Of a stretch of DNA of 64,000 bases, positions 21,741-30,839 are shown piece by piece. Every line of letters begins with the position of its first letter. The first letter of the stretch is position 1. A model generated the notes under the pieces. That model was not told the origin of the DNA and made no database searches. It saw nothing but the letters and a program-made list of their open reading frames with translations. The stretch lies in assembly GCA_036170915.1 (NCBI GenBank), contig JAVHQC010000015.1, forward strand, positions 32,001 through 96,000, read 5' to 3'. The translations under genes and the position numbers were made by a program. The stretch is from Cyanobacteria bacterium auto_48_18. GTDB lineage: Bacteria; Cyanobacteriota; Vampirovibrionia; Obscuribacterales; Obscuribacteraceae.

Positions 21741-24684
21741 CCATCCAGTTTTTGCCAGTACCTAAATCTACTTTGAGCGGCACTTTAAGGGGTTGATCAA
21801 GGGTCATTGCTTTTTCTAAGATTACCTTAGTTGCTTCCAGTTCGTCATCCGGCACTTCGAGTACCAGTTCATCGTGCACTTGCATAGTCAGTTTGGCATT
21901 GCTGCCTGCTGCTCTCAAATCCTGATCGAGCCTAATCATGGCCAGTTTCATCAAGTCCGCCGCACTTCCTTGAATTGGAGCATTGCAGGCAGCCCGCTCG
22001 TCTGCTTTGCGGACATTGTCATTGCGATCGTGCAGATGGGTGAAATATCGTCTGCGACCCCACATCGTGCGCGCATAGTTGTTGTTGCGTGCGTCTTCGA
22101 TGGTACCGTGTAAGAAACCCTGCACTTTGGGATAGCGAGCGAAATATTTGTCTATAAAGCCCTGAGCTTCTTTAGTTGATATACCCAGATCAAGACCAGT
22201 AGAGTACGCACCTTGCTGATAAACGAGAGCAAAATTGAGAGTTTTGCCAATGCGTCTTATTTCAGAAGTGACATCTTCAATGGTTAGTTCGTAAATTTCG
22301 CCGGCAGTGCGAGCGTGAATGTCTTGATTTTTTTCAAATGCATCAATCAAAGTTTCATCGCCGCACATGTGCGCCAGTAGCCGCAGTTCTATTTGGGAAT
22401 AGTCGGCGGAAATCAATGATGAGCCAGGAGCAGCCACAAACGCTCGGCGAATGCGGCGACCAACTTCTGTGCGAATAGGAATATTTTGCAAATTTGGATT
22501 AGAGCTGGAGAGTCGGCCGGTGCTGGTAACGGTCTGGTTGAAGTCGCCGTGCAGACGTCCGTCTCTTTCTAAAATCTGCCCTGGCAGCGCGTCGACATAG
22601 GTTGAACGCAACTTGGAAATGTGTCTATACTCGAGCAATTTGGCGATTATCTCATGCTCTTCCTTAAGAGATTCGAGCACAGATGCATCGGTGGAATATC
22701 CTGTTTTGGTTTTACCTTTAGTCTTGAGACCAAGTTCTTCGAACAAAACTTTTTGCAATTGCTGGGTGGAATTTATATTAAAACCGTGACCAGCATGGGC
22801 GTATATTTCGCTTTCAAGCCGGGCAAGTTCGCTGGCCAGCTCATGGGAGAAATTCTTCAGGTAGTCGAGATCGAGGGCCACTCCGGCTTGTTCCATGCGA
22901 GCGAGCACTTCAGCTAAGGGCTGCTCCATTTCGTAAAGCAAAAATTGTTGCTCATCATCTAATAATGGTGCGTAAAATCTTGCCAGTTCTAAACTTAATC
23001 GACTTTGCTCGATGGCGTAGCCCGCCACTGTATCTAGTGGCGCGTCCACAAGAGCAATCTGTTTGCGACCGGTGCCGATTATTTCATCAAGCCGTGGCAT
23101 TTGATAATTCAATACCCTGTCAGCTTGCTCTCGCAAACCGTGCTTGTCATCAGGGTTTAGAATATAGCTGGCTAACATCGTATCGAATACAACTGGACCA
23201 AATTTGATACCCAAGCAAGAGAATACATTAAGCTCAAATTTGGAATTTTGGGCAACTTTGCCGATTTTGGTATTTTCTAAAACAGGCTTTAGTTGTTCGA
23301 TTACGTAGGCTGCTTCAAGTAGAGCAGCACCAGTATGTTTAACCGGCACGTAAGCAGCCTTGAGAGTAGCTTTGCTCTTGTCGCTGTGTTCAAGCAGATC
23401 CAGACGACCTTCTTTGCTGCCCATCAAAGTGTCCCAGGCAAATGTGTAGCCGATTACTTCAGTCTTGAGGCTGTCACCACCTGTAGTCTCAAGAGAAACA
23501 GAAATGAGGCTTTGCATGGAAAGCTCTTTAACTAAGTCGGTCAGTTGTTCTTGCGAAGTAACTACCAGAGGCTCCGGCGCTTGAGCCATTGTAACTGCAT
23601 GGGTGGCTGCTGGGGCGGCATCTGATGAAGAGTCTGCATCAGTGTGTGTGCCGAAGGATAATTTGAGCTGGCCGAAGACAGGCGCGTCTATTGAAGCTTC
23701 TAAACTGGAACCAGCTGACCCGGCGGCTGCTAGCACTTTCATTTCTACAGCTGGAGCTGCTTTCGGCATTTCAGGGACGGACCCATCAGGTGAAAAGCGA
23801 GCCAAAATCTTAGGCAGTCTCGCAGTCAGTTGTTTGAAATTGAGTTTGTCGAAATAGTCTCGCAAGCCTTCTAGTTGCGGCATGCTTAGCCGGCAATGTT
23901 CAAAATCAAATTCGAGTGGCACATCAAGGCGAATGGTAGCCAATCGCTGGCTAACATAGGCAATTTCTTTGCCTTCTATCAATTTGTTTTTCAGCGAAGC
24001 TGATTTGATTTCATCGATATGCTCGTAAATGCCGTCCAGTGTCTGGTAAGCGGCAAGTAGCTGTTGAGCACCTTTACTGCCGATGCCTTTGACTCCAGGA
24101 ATGTTGTCTGAGCTGTCACCACACAGTGCCTTGAAATCAACAACTTGCTCAGGCCAGATACCCATGCGATCGAAAACTTCCTGACGACGGCAATTGACTA
24201 GCCCGTCGTTGGTGGTCAGGTGAATTTCAATTGGAGAATCGTCGCCGTCGACTAACTGAAAAGCATCTTTATCACCGGTCAAAATGATTACTTTGCGACC
24301 TTGTGCCGCCGCTTGTTTAGCGACGGTACCAATCACATCATCAGCTTCAAATCCGGGCAATTCTAAAAGAGGAATTTCAAAAGCTGTAACGCCTTCGCGA
24401 ATAATCGGCCACTGAGTTTTCAAATCATCAGGCATATCAGAGCGATGCGCTTTGTACTGGTCATATTCTATTTTTCGAAAAGTCGGTTCCGAAAGATCAA
24501 AGCAGACGGCCAGCATGTCTGGCCGCTGTTTTTCAATTTGATCAAACAAAGATGTGAAAAAACCATGCACTGCCCAGGTGGGACGACCGTCTTTAGCTTT
24601 CATTCCAGAACGCATGAGCGCATAGAAGGAACGGAAAGCTAAAGAGCTTCCATCAACTAGTACTAGTGTTTCTTGATCAGCCAT
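21730..24684 (-). CDS. polA: DNA polymerase I
   Basis: 5'-3' exonuclease (LVDG, EADDVIGT, GDSSDNIPGVKGIG); polymerase motifs TGRLSS, PNLQNIP, DYSQIELR, QGSAAD, VHDE. Confidence 0.98.
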   Translation of the reverse strand: MADQETLVLVDGSSLAFRSFYALMRSGMKAKDGRPTWAVHGFFTSLFDQIEKQRPDMLAVCFDLSEPTFRKIEYDQYKAHRSDMPDDLKTQWPIIREGVTAFEIPLLELPGFEADDVIGTVAKQAAAQGRKVIILTGDKDAFQLVDGDDSPIEIHLTTNDGLVNCRRQEVFDRMGIWPEQVVDFKALCGDSSDNIPGVKGIGSKGAQQLLAAYQTLDGIYEHIDEIKSASLKNKLIEGKEIAYVSQRLATIRLDVPLEFDFEHCRLSMPQLEGLRDYFDKLNFKQLTARLPKILARFSPDGSVPEMPKAAPAVEMKVLAAAGSAGSSLEASIDAPVFGQLKLSFGTHTDADSSSDAAPAATHAVTMAQAPEPLVVTSQEQLTDLVKELSMQSLISVSLETTGGDSLKTEVIGYTFAWDTLMGSKEGRLDLLEHSDKSKATLKAAYVPVKHTGAALLEAAYVIEQLKPVLENTKIGKVAQNSKFELNVFSCLGIKFGPVVFDTMLASYILNPDDKHGLREQADRVLNYQMPRLDEIIGTGRKQIALVDAPLDTVAGYAIEQSRLSLELARFYAPLLDDEQQFLLYEMEQPLAEVLARMEQAGVALDLDYLKNFSHELASELARLESEIYAHAGHGFNINSTQQLQKVLFEELGLKTKGKTKTGYSTDASVLESLKEEHEIIAKLLEYRHISKLRSTYVDALPGQILERDGRLHGDFNQTVTSTGRLSSSNPNLQNIPIRTEVGRRIRRAFVAAPGSSLISADYSQIELRLLAHMCGDETLIDAFEKNQDIHARTAGEIYELTIEDVTSEIRRIGKTLNFALVYQQGAYSTGLDLGISTKEAQGFIDKYFARYPKVQGFLHGTIEDARNNNYARTMWGRRRYFTHLHDRNDNVRKADERAACNAPIQGSAADLMKLAMIRLDQDLRAAGSNAKLTMQVHDELVLEVPDDELEATKVILEKAMTLDQPLKVPLKVDLGTGKNWMDAK

Positions 24685-24698
24685 GGTCTTTTACTCTG

Positions 24699-26465
24699 TT
24701 ATTGAACGTCACTGGCAGTGGAGCGCGGACGAGCCGGACCTTGTGATGTAGCCATAGCGCCAGACAAACTTTTACCTTCGCTCAAGCTTGGTGTTTCAAT
24801 ATTGAGCAAGGCTGCAATTGTTGGAGCAATATCAGCTGGGCTGACACTTTCGGTGCGCTTGCCGGGCTCAATTCCGAAACCATGCAAGACTAGAGGCACC
24901 TGACTGTCATATGAGTATGGCGCACCGCTGGCGGTGCCGGAGCTTTCAGAGGAAAAAACATAGCCTGGTTTGGGAATGACATAGCATTCGCCACTGCGGC
25001 CCCAGTAGTAGCTCTTGCGCACGCCTTCAGCGTACGGGCCATTAGGCAATTGATTGGAATAGAGCTGCGCTGATGTGATCACTTCAGCAATTCCAGGTAC
25101 TCCATGGGCAACTTTGGCAGCTAACGCTTCTACATCTGGTTGACGATATTTGTTTTTGTCTATAGCGCTGAAATTGAGATAGAGATTTGGTGGTTCAAAG
25201 GCTTCAATCCAATCGTCTTGGCCAAGGCGATTATCTAATGTGGTATCGAGGAAAGTCTTGAATGATTTGGGATCAATGCGACCCGAATCTAGCCCGCGCT
25301 CTTTGAGAAACTCAGGAATGGCCTGAGCGCCGCGGTTGGCTGTGAAGACAATTAAGCAATTGTTCAATCCGACTTTTTGATCGAGATAACCCAGCAAAGT
25401 GCTCACATCTTTATCCATGCGATAAACGAGATCTTGCGATTCTTGCGAATAAGGACCAAAGTAATTGATCAGTTCGCCGCCTGCCGATAATCCTATGGAA
25501 AGAAAATCAGTGTCACTATGGGTGCCCAGACCTTCTTTTTCAATGGCTTCATGAGCGAGCTCTAGCACCATTTGATTAGCCATAGGTGTCATAGCTAGTG
25601 TCGAGTACGCACCTTCACCGGTGGCAGCACCGCTAATCATGTGCGGAAATGCCTTACCGTCTGACGGTAGCGATTTTTCGTTAGTGAAATCGTCGCGGCT
25701 CGATGCGCCATATGCATTTTCTGGAAGCAGTCTTTGCCATGGCTTGCCAACTAATTTTTCAGCCTGGCGCTGATCATTGTAGGCTTTGACCCAGAGCGGC
25801 AAATCGCGGCTATATTGAGCTGAGCTAACAAAGTTGCCGGTGCGGCTGTCGAACCAGATTGCCATATTGGCCAAGCGTCCACCCAAGAGCAATGCTTGTG
25901 AATCTTTTACTGCCAGCGAAAATACTTTACTTCTACCATTGGTGGCCAATTTCATCTGGTCGCCAATAGTCGTGCCCTGTAGAAACTTAGAGCTTGACCC
26001 GCTGCCATTTGCTCCAGTCAGGGCCGATGCCTCATCAGCAACAGCAGAAATAGCTTTGTCTTTTTTACGATCGAACCATTGATCGGCGACGATGCCGTGA
26101 GCCCATGGGTTGGCTCCCGTAGCGATTGTGGCATCGCCACACGCGCCCTGAGTCGTGGCTTGGTAACGGCAGTTCGTATATGTAGCGCCTGATTCGCTCA
26201 ACCAGCGCAACCCACCCCCTGAAAGTTTGTCCTGAAAACGCATCAAACTGTTATAAGAAAGCTGATCAGCTACCAGCAGTACAACCAACTTTGGTTTGTT
26301 TGCACTTTGAGCCAGAGCTGCAGGTGCGGTGGAGTTAAGCTGAAAAATCCCGGGGGCTCCAAGCGGGACAATTTGAGCCGCAAGCAAAACCGCCAATAAC
26401 GACAGGGGTCTAGCCAGTCGCGACATTAGACCACTCTGTTTTTTATCTTTGCTCAAAGCTGCCAA
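24699..26465 (-). CDS. Secreted alkaline-phosphatase-superfamily (PafA-like) protein, catalytic residues substituted
   Basis: Signal peptide; PKLVVLLVADQL, TTIGDQMKLA, YDSQVPLVL and DIAPTIAALL framework; TTG start with AGGAG SD. Confidence 0.85.
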   Translation of the reverse strand: MAALSKDKKQSGLMSRLARPLSLLAVLLAAQIVPLGAPGIFQLNSTAPAALAQSANKPKLVVLLVADQLSYNSLMRFQDKLSGGGLRWLSESGATYTNCRYQATTQGACGDATIATGANPWAHGIVADQWFDRKKDKAISAVADEASALTGANGSGSSSKFLQGTTIGDQMKLATNGRSKVFSLAVKDSQALLLGGRLANMAIWFDSRTGNFVSSAQYSRDLPLWVKAYNDQRQAEKLVGKPWQRLLPENAYGASSRDDFTNEKSLPSDGKAFPHMISGAATGEGAYSTLAMTPMANQMVLELAHEAIEKEGLGTHSDTDFLSIGLSAGGELINYFGPYSQESQDLVYRMDKDVSTLLGYLDQKVGLNNCLIVFTANRGAQAIPEFLKERGLDSGRIDPKSFKTFLDTTLDNRLGQDDWIEAFEPPNLYLNFSAIDKNKYRQPDVEALAAKVAHGVPGIAEVITSAQLYSNQLPNGPYAEGVRKSYYWGRSGECYVIPKPGYVFSSESSGTASGAPYSYDSQVPLVLHGFGIEPGKRTESVSPADIAPTIAALLNIETPSLSEGKSLSGAMATSQGPARPRSTASDVQ

Positions 26466-26681
26466 GCTTGCTCTCCTTCTGTGTTGCCGTTCCGGTCATC
26501 TATTTTACCGGCAATGCTGCTGACTATGGTTACTTCAAAGGTTACAGTTTGGATCTCTATCTAGCTTGCATTTGTAACGCTCTATCTTGAGATCATTGTA
26601 AATATTGCGAGGCTGGAGCCAACGTTCAATACAATGTAGCCAGGCAGCAAGCTATCAATTTTTCCATCTCAGGAGTTACAC

Positions 26682-27143
26682 ATGAGCGACCGTACCAAAC
26701 TACTGAAAAAAGCTGTATTGACAGGAGTCGGAGCAACCTCCAGCGTCGACCGTGTTAAAGATGCACTTAAAGACGCCATGCAAGACCTTGTCAAAGTAGG
26801 GCAAGATTTGCTGGATGATCTTGAAGAAAAAGGCAAAGTAAAAACTGACTCGGCAGAATCCTTTTTGAAAGGATTTAAAGATGAAGCTGTCAAGCGCACC
26901 GAGGATATGGAGAAGCAAGTTACCTCCAAATTTTCCAAAACTATGAAGAAAGCCGCCAAAGAGTTTGGCTTTGTTACCATGGAGCATTACGAGCAACTGT
27001 TAGAGCGTCTGGCTGTGCTTGAGCATCATGCTGGTATAACTACACCTGAGCACATAGATGATGCTGAGCATGAAGAAGAAAGCGAGCACACCGATACTGA
27101 AACTTCGAGCAAGAAAAAGAAAAGTAAGCGCGCTGACGCGTAA
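26682..27143 (+). CDS. Phasin-like / PHA-granule-associated protein (COG3937-like)
   Basis: LLKKAVLTGVG...DDLEEKG...FGFVT..LLERLAVLE; acidic His-rich tail followed by a Lys-rich tail; AGGAG SD. Confidence 0.65.
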   Translation: MSDRTKLLKKAVLTGVGATSSVDRVKDALKDAMQDLVKVGQDLLDDLEEKGKVKTDSAESFLKGFKDEAVKRTEDMEKQVTSKFSKTMKKAAKEFGFVTMEHYEQLLERLAVLEHHAGITTPEHIDDAEHEEESEHTDTETSSKKKKSKRADA

Positions 27144-27166
27144 TTTAAATTCTTAAATGCTTTTTT

Positions 27167-27210
27167 GAAGGAGCGCTTTTTATGAGCGCTCCTTCTTTGT
27201 TTTTTCTTTT
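27167..27210 (+). terminator. Intrinsic terminator
   Basis: 11-bp stem GAAGGAGCGCT/AGCGCTCCTTC followed by TTTGTTTTTTCTTTT. Confidence 0.85.
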
Positions 27211-27293
27211 GTTCTGTAATCTTGGTGGAGGCCGCCGTTGGGACTGCCTTCGCTTTTTCTCGATTGAAGTTGTAGTGGGATTTTCTGCGGTTT

Positions 27294-27337
27294 TTCTGAC
27301 AAAAATTAGAGAATTGCCAAATTTATTTTTGTCAGAA
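27294..27337. promoter_or_regulatory. 13-bp perfect inverted repeat, operator-like
   Basis: TTCTGACAAAAAT-N18-ATTTTTGTCAGAA in the AT-rich region upstream of the AbiEi-like gene. Confidence 0.55.
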
Positions 27338-27450
27338 TTTCGTCTGAAAATTCCCCTCTGGAGAAAAAGTTTTTTTTCAAACCATTGAACTTTTTCCCGA
27401 AAAATTACGTTGTACATAGAAGCACCTTTTTGAATTGAAGGAGGTTTCTT

Positions 27451-28101
27451 ATGAATTGCTGCCGCGCTTTTATCGTCAGATCATTCCGCTCTCTGCCGCC
27501 AGGCACCATATTTACGACCCGCGATTGTCTGGGCTTCGGTTTTCGAAGAGACAATGTTGATCAAACACTGGCCAGACTTGTTAAAGAAGGAGTTTTGATT
27601 CGCCTGGTACGCGGCGTTTTTGTTGATGCTGCCACAGCGAGGCCGACATATTCGATTCTTGAAATTGCAACAGTAAAGGCAAGTTCTTTTGGAAAAAAAA
27701 TACGCCAGCATAGTGCTGATTCAGCGGCAGAAATTGGCCTGCCCGCTGAAATGAATAAGCACGATACTTTTATTGTCGACGGCGCGACCAGCAGATTTCA
27801 TGTGATTTCAACAGGTAAGAGAGTTGTGTTTCGTATTGCCTGCGAAAAGAAAATGCATCTGGATGATGACAAAGTGGGCAAGATTGTAAGAGGCCTCTGG
27901 CATCTTGGCGAAGAACGAGTGCAATTGCAGATGATCGCAAGGGCCGTGATAACACTTAATCGTGCCGAGTGTAGAAAGATTGTCACTTCAGGAGCCTGGA
28001 TGCCTTACTGGTTGATGAATGCATTCGAAGAAATTTTTGGTCGGAGATTTCTTCCGCCGATGTGGCCAGTACAGCCTTCAGGTCCCCCCGCTGCCATCTA
28101 A
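27451..28101 (+). CDS. AbiEi/DUF6088-like winged-helix protein (type IV antitoxin-like)
   Basis: GTIFTTRD..NVDQTLARLVKEGVLIRLVRGVF wHTH; AAEIGL; C-terminal MPYWL; AGGAGG SD. Confidence 0.75.
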   Translation: MNCCRAFIVRSFRSLPPGTIFTTRDCLGFGFRRDNVDQTLARLVKEGVLIRLVRGVFVDAATARPTYSILEIATVKASSFGKKIRQHSADSAAEIGLPAEMNKHDTFIVDGATSRFHVISTGKRVVFRIACEKKMHLDDDKVGKIVRGLWHLGEERVQLQMIARAVITLNRAECRKIVTSGAWMPYWLMNAFEEIFGRRFLPPMWPVQPSGPPAAI

Positions 28102-28106
28102 ATCAG

Positions 28107-30686
28107 TTACATCAAAGTGACGTCCACCGGCGGGATTTGCGGAATCCGTTGCCCAGTTTTAGGGTCGGTTAATGTGGCTCCTTGAAGAGCATTTTTCAAC
28201 TGCTCGTCGAGTAGAACCACTGGTGCACGCAGCTGCCATTCACAGGCTAGACTCGGACACTCAGCGTCTGTTTCTTTGTCTTCTTTGGGCTGACACCACC
28301 GCCTGATGTTTGATGCTACAGCTTGCCCTCCGCGCCCTGGTTCACGGCAAGCGACATAATCGCGAGCGAGCACCGACCAACTAACTAAATTTGTGCTGAA
28401 AGCTTTTTGCGCATAAAAGAGCAGTTGGTTTTCACTGACAGGCAGCCCCTTAAACGGATACTCTGCATAACTCTGAGGTGTGGATGATTTTGTCGCACTT
28501 TCAAAATTTGTCGTGTGCAGCGCACGTGAGTCGTAAACTATTGTTTCCGGTGCTGCGGGTAGCACAGGTAGTTCCTCTGCGAGCAGATCTGAAATCGGGC
28601 GACCTTCGGCAAATATTTGAGTGTCAGGCAGTTTTGTGAAGTCGTGTACTCGGCCGAAAACCAATAACTTATCCTGCAGCCATCCTGATTTTGCTGACTT
28701 GCCACTACCCGGAGTTTCCACTTCAAGATCGGCCTGTGCAAAAATTTCTGCTTCCGATAGTGCCACTAAACGCGGTGCAAAGATAAAGCGTTTGCCCAGT
28801 AGAAAAGCCCCCTGTAAACTGGTCGAGTCCATTCTATAAATTCCTGAGCTGCATACTTGCATCAAGCGGTTGCTAAGATCAAATGATTGCCTGGCTGCAG
28901 AAATAGCATTGTTTCTGGCCGTGTGTGCAAATGATAAAACAATCGCCAGCCGTTTTTGTTCAGCCTGTTCATACTCAAGACTTGTTTCCAGGGCGGCAAT
29001 ATCGTCTTTTAGAATTTTGTTTTTAGCTGTTTGTGTTTCTTTGCGCATGCTGTCTTTCATCGACGAAAGATCTGCTTGCTTAAGCACAATGCGATCTCGC
29101 GTGTCGCGAAAAGCTTTATGAGCTGCCAGCTCAACCAGGCGCGCGGTAGCCATGGTATCTTGCGCTGCTAGATTCGTGCCATAAATTTCAGTCAAAAGGT
29201 CGGTGGTCAGCACTCTTTCAAACTTATTGCGACCTGGGGTAAATGCATCGCCTTTACTGTCGACAATCAGTGGCAGCGCTGAAGATGGGTAATTAATGGC
29301 CTGTTCCGAAAAGCAATTGCGCAGCGCTTTTTGACCGGCTTCCTGTGGTCCTGTTTGATGTAAAAATGCCAGCGCACGAGCATCTGTGTCTGAAACCAGA
29401 CAGCTATTAACCGATGATTGCCAGCCAACATTTTCTTCATTGTCGTCACTATCGCTTGCAGCTTTATTGCCGGAGTTAGGCCGACGGGCCTCTAATTTCG
29501 CCCAGGGTGCTTTAACAATCTCGGCTAACCGCTGGGGGTTCACAGGCTCGTTCAATTGCCGCAGCCAGTGATAGAAGGCAATGCTGAGCGCGTCGCGTCC
29601 ATCCATATCAATTAGTACTGGCGCTACAGGCGGTGCTAGTGAACCAGTGCCAGGCACCGGTCCTTTATTGGTTTGTTGCCATTCTCCGTGGCCCGTAAAC
29701 TGGGAGCTCTTAAACAAATCGGCCAGGCAAGTAAAGGTCTGCGGCCTGCCTTGGGGAAACGTTAAAACCAAACAGGTGGGTGCGCCTCTGCTGCCTGTGG
29801 GTACGGTCTTATTAATTGTTTTTGCAAAGCGAAAAGTATCATTACCGCATAATAGACAAAGGCGACGGCGGCTGAGCAGCTTGGCTCGATTCTTACCGGT
29901 GCTGGTTTCGTATTCGGCGGTAATTAAAATTGCCGTAGGCAGCTGCTCTGCTGTGGCCGGGGCAAATTTCTCGACTGCTACCAGCGTGGTGGCATTGGCT
30001 TGCTGATGAAATACTAGCGGTTCATTCTCTGGTATCGGTACTGGTGCCAAAGCGAGTATTGTGCCGTTGCGCACATAGGGTGATTTTAGTTCATTGGGCG
30101 CTGCCGGGATGGTGGTAGCAGAATAGGTCTGCCCCGCCTGGTCAACTATGCCTAGATTAAGTGTTAGTGCCGTTAAGTGACTGCCAGCGCGCGTGTGGTG
30201 CGCCAGGAAGTTTTTAATTTGCAAATAGGTAGAGCCGCCGTGATCTACTTCGGCATTGAGCAAGGCTTTCAACTTATCATTGAGCTTACGCGCCGTGGTT
30301 AAATCGGCCGCGGTTTGTTTACTCATTGCTGAAAGCTGATATTGGTGGCTCACAAGAGCGGCCTGACGCAGCAGTGAAAATACAGTGTTAACGCTGCGAA
30401 TTTTGCCTGCACCGCCGGCGCTTGCAATCGGTTTATCTTGAATGCCGATAGTTCCGAAAGCCGAATCGAATACTGTGGTCGCTGTGAGGTTGTTAACCGC
30501 TATTTCGCCGGCTTTTTCGAGGGGGTCAGCTTCGACATTGTCGATGTTAAACCAGGCCAGGGTCAACACATAAGCGCTGATAAGCCCGCTGGCTGCCAGT
30601 GTCGAAAACCATAAAACGCCTATGGAGCCCCAGTCTATGGTTTTGCTAACAGCCGCAGTTTTATCGTTTGTTTGAGTCTTAACCAA
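28107..30686 (-). CDS. Large hypothetical protein with one N-terminal TM and a central coiled coil
   Basis: 859-aa ORF with a hydrophobic segment near residues 20-45; no family recognised. Confidence 0.75.
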   Translation of the reverse strand: MVKTQTNDKTAAVSKTIDWGSIGVLWFSTLAASGLISAYVLTLAWFNIDNVEADPLEKAGEIAVNNLTATTVFDSAFGTIGIQDKPIASAGGAGKIRSVNTVFSLLRQAALVSHQYQLSAMSKQTAADLTTARKLNDKLKALLNAEVDHGGSTYLQIKNFLAHHTRAGSHLTALTLNLGIVDQAGQTYSATTIPAAPNELKSPYVRNGTILALAPVPIPENEPLVFHQQANATTLVAVEKFAPATAEQLPTAILITAEYETSTGKNRAKLLSRRRLCLLCGNDTFRFAKTINKTVPTGSRGAPTCLVLTFPQGRPQTFTCLADLFKSSQFTGHGEWQQTNKGPVPGTGSLAPPVAPVLIDMDGRDALSIAFYHWLRQLNEPVNPQRLAEIVKAPWAKLEARRPNSGNKAASDSDDNEENVGWQSSVNSCLVSDTDARALAFLHQTGPQEAGQKALRNCFSEQAINYPSSALPLIVDSKGDAFTPGRNKFERVLTTDLLTEIYGTNLAAQDTMATARLVELAAHKAFRDTRDRIVLKQADLSSMKDSMRKETQTAKNKILKDDIAALETSLEYEQAEQKRLAIVLSFAHTARNNAISAARQSFDLSNRLMQVCSSGIYRMDSTSLQGAFLLGKRFIFAPRLVALSEAEIFAQADLEVETPGSGKSAKSGWLQDKLLVFGRVHDFTKLPDTQIFAEGRPISDLLAEELPVLPAAPETIVYDSRALHTTNFESATKSSTPQSYAEYPFKGLPVSENQLLFYAQKAFSTNLVSWSVLARDYVACREPGRGGQAVASNIRRWCQPKEDKETDAECPSLACEWQLRAPVVLLDEQLKNALQGATLTDPKTGQRIPQIPPVDVTLM

Positions 30687-30760
30687 AGGTTGTACGCTTT
30701 AAATTATGCTTGAACCAACTGATTTAATCCTAACACTAAAGGCCCGCCACAAAGAATGGT

Positions 30761-30839
30761 ACTCTGATATTTGAGACTCTGATACCTGGTCCTCTGATAT
30801 TTGATATTGATATTTGATATTGATATTGGTATTGGTATC
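30761..30839. repeat. Degenerate tandem repeat: three 15-bp units (CTCTGATA core) decaying into (TGATAT[T])n and TGGTAT
   Basis: CTCTGATA at 30762, 30777 and 30792, then GATATT iterations up to the ATG at 30840. Confidence 0.75.

Noticed and set aside
26528..26545. GGTTAC direct repeat upstream of the phosphatase-like gene as a Pho box
   Set aside because: The period is 12 bp rather than 11, there are only two short copies, and the match to known Pho boxes is poor.
27145..27417. Lys/Arg-rich 90-aa ORF and the opposite Phe-rich 68-aa ORF
   Set aside because: Their composition comes from the terminator T-tracts and AT-rich promoter DNA.
30761..30839. Periodic repeats as a possible CRISPR array or iterons
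   Set aside because: The units are 6-15 bp with no unique spacers, and there is no cas or rep gene. The same applies to the other short repeats.
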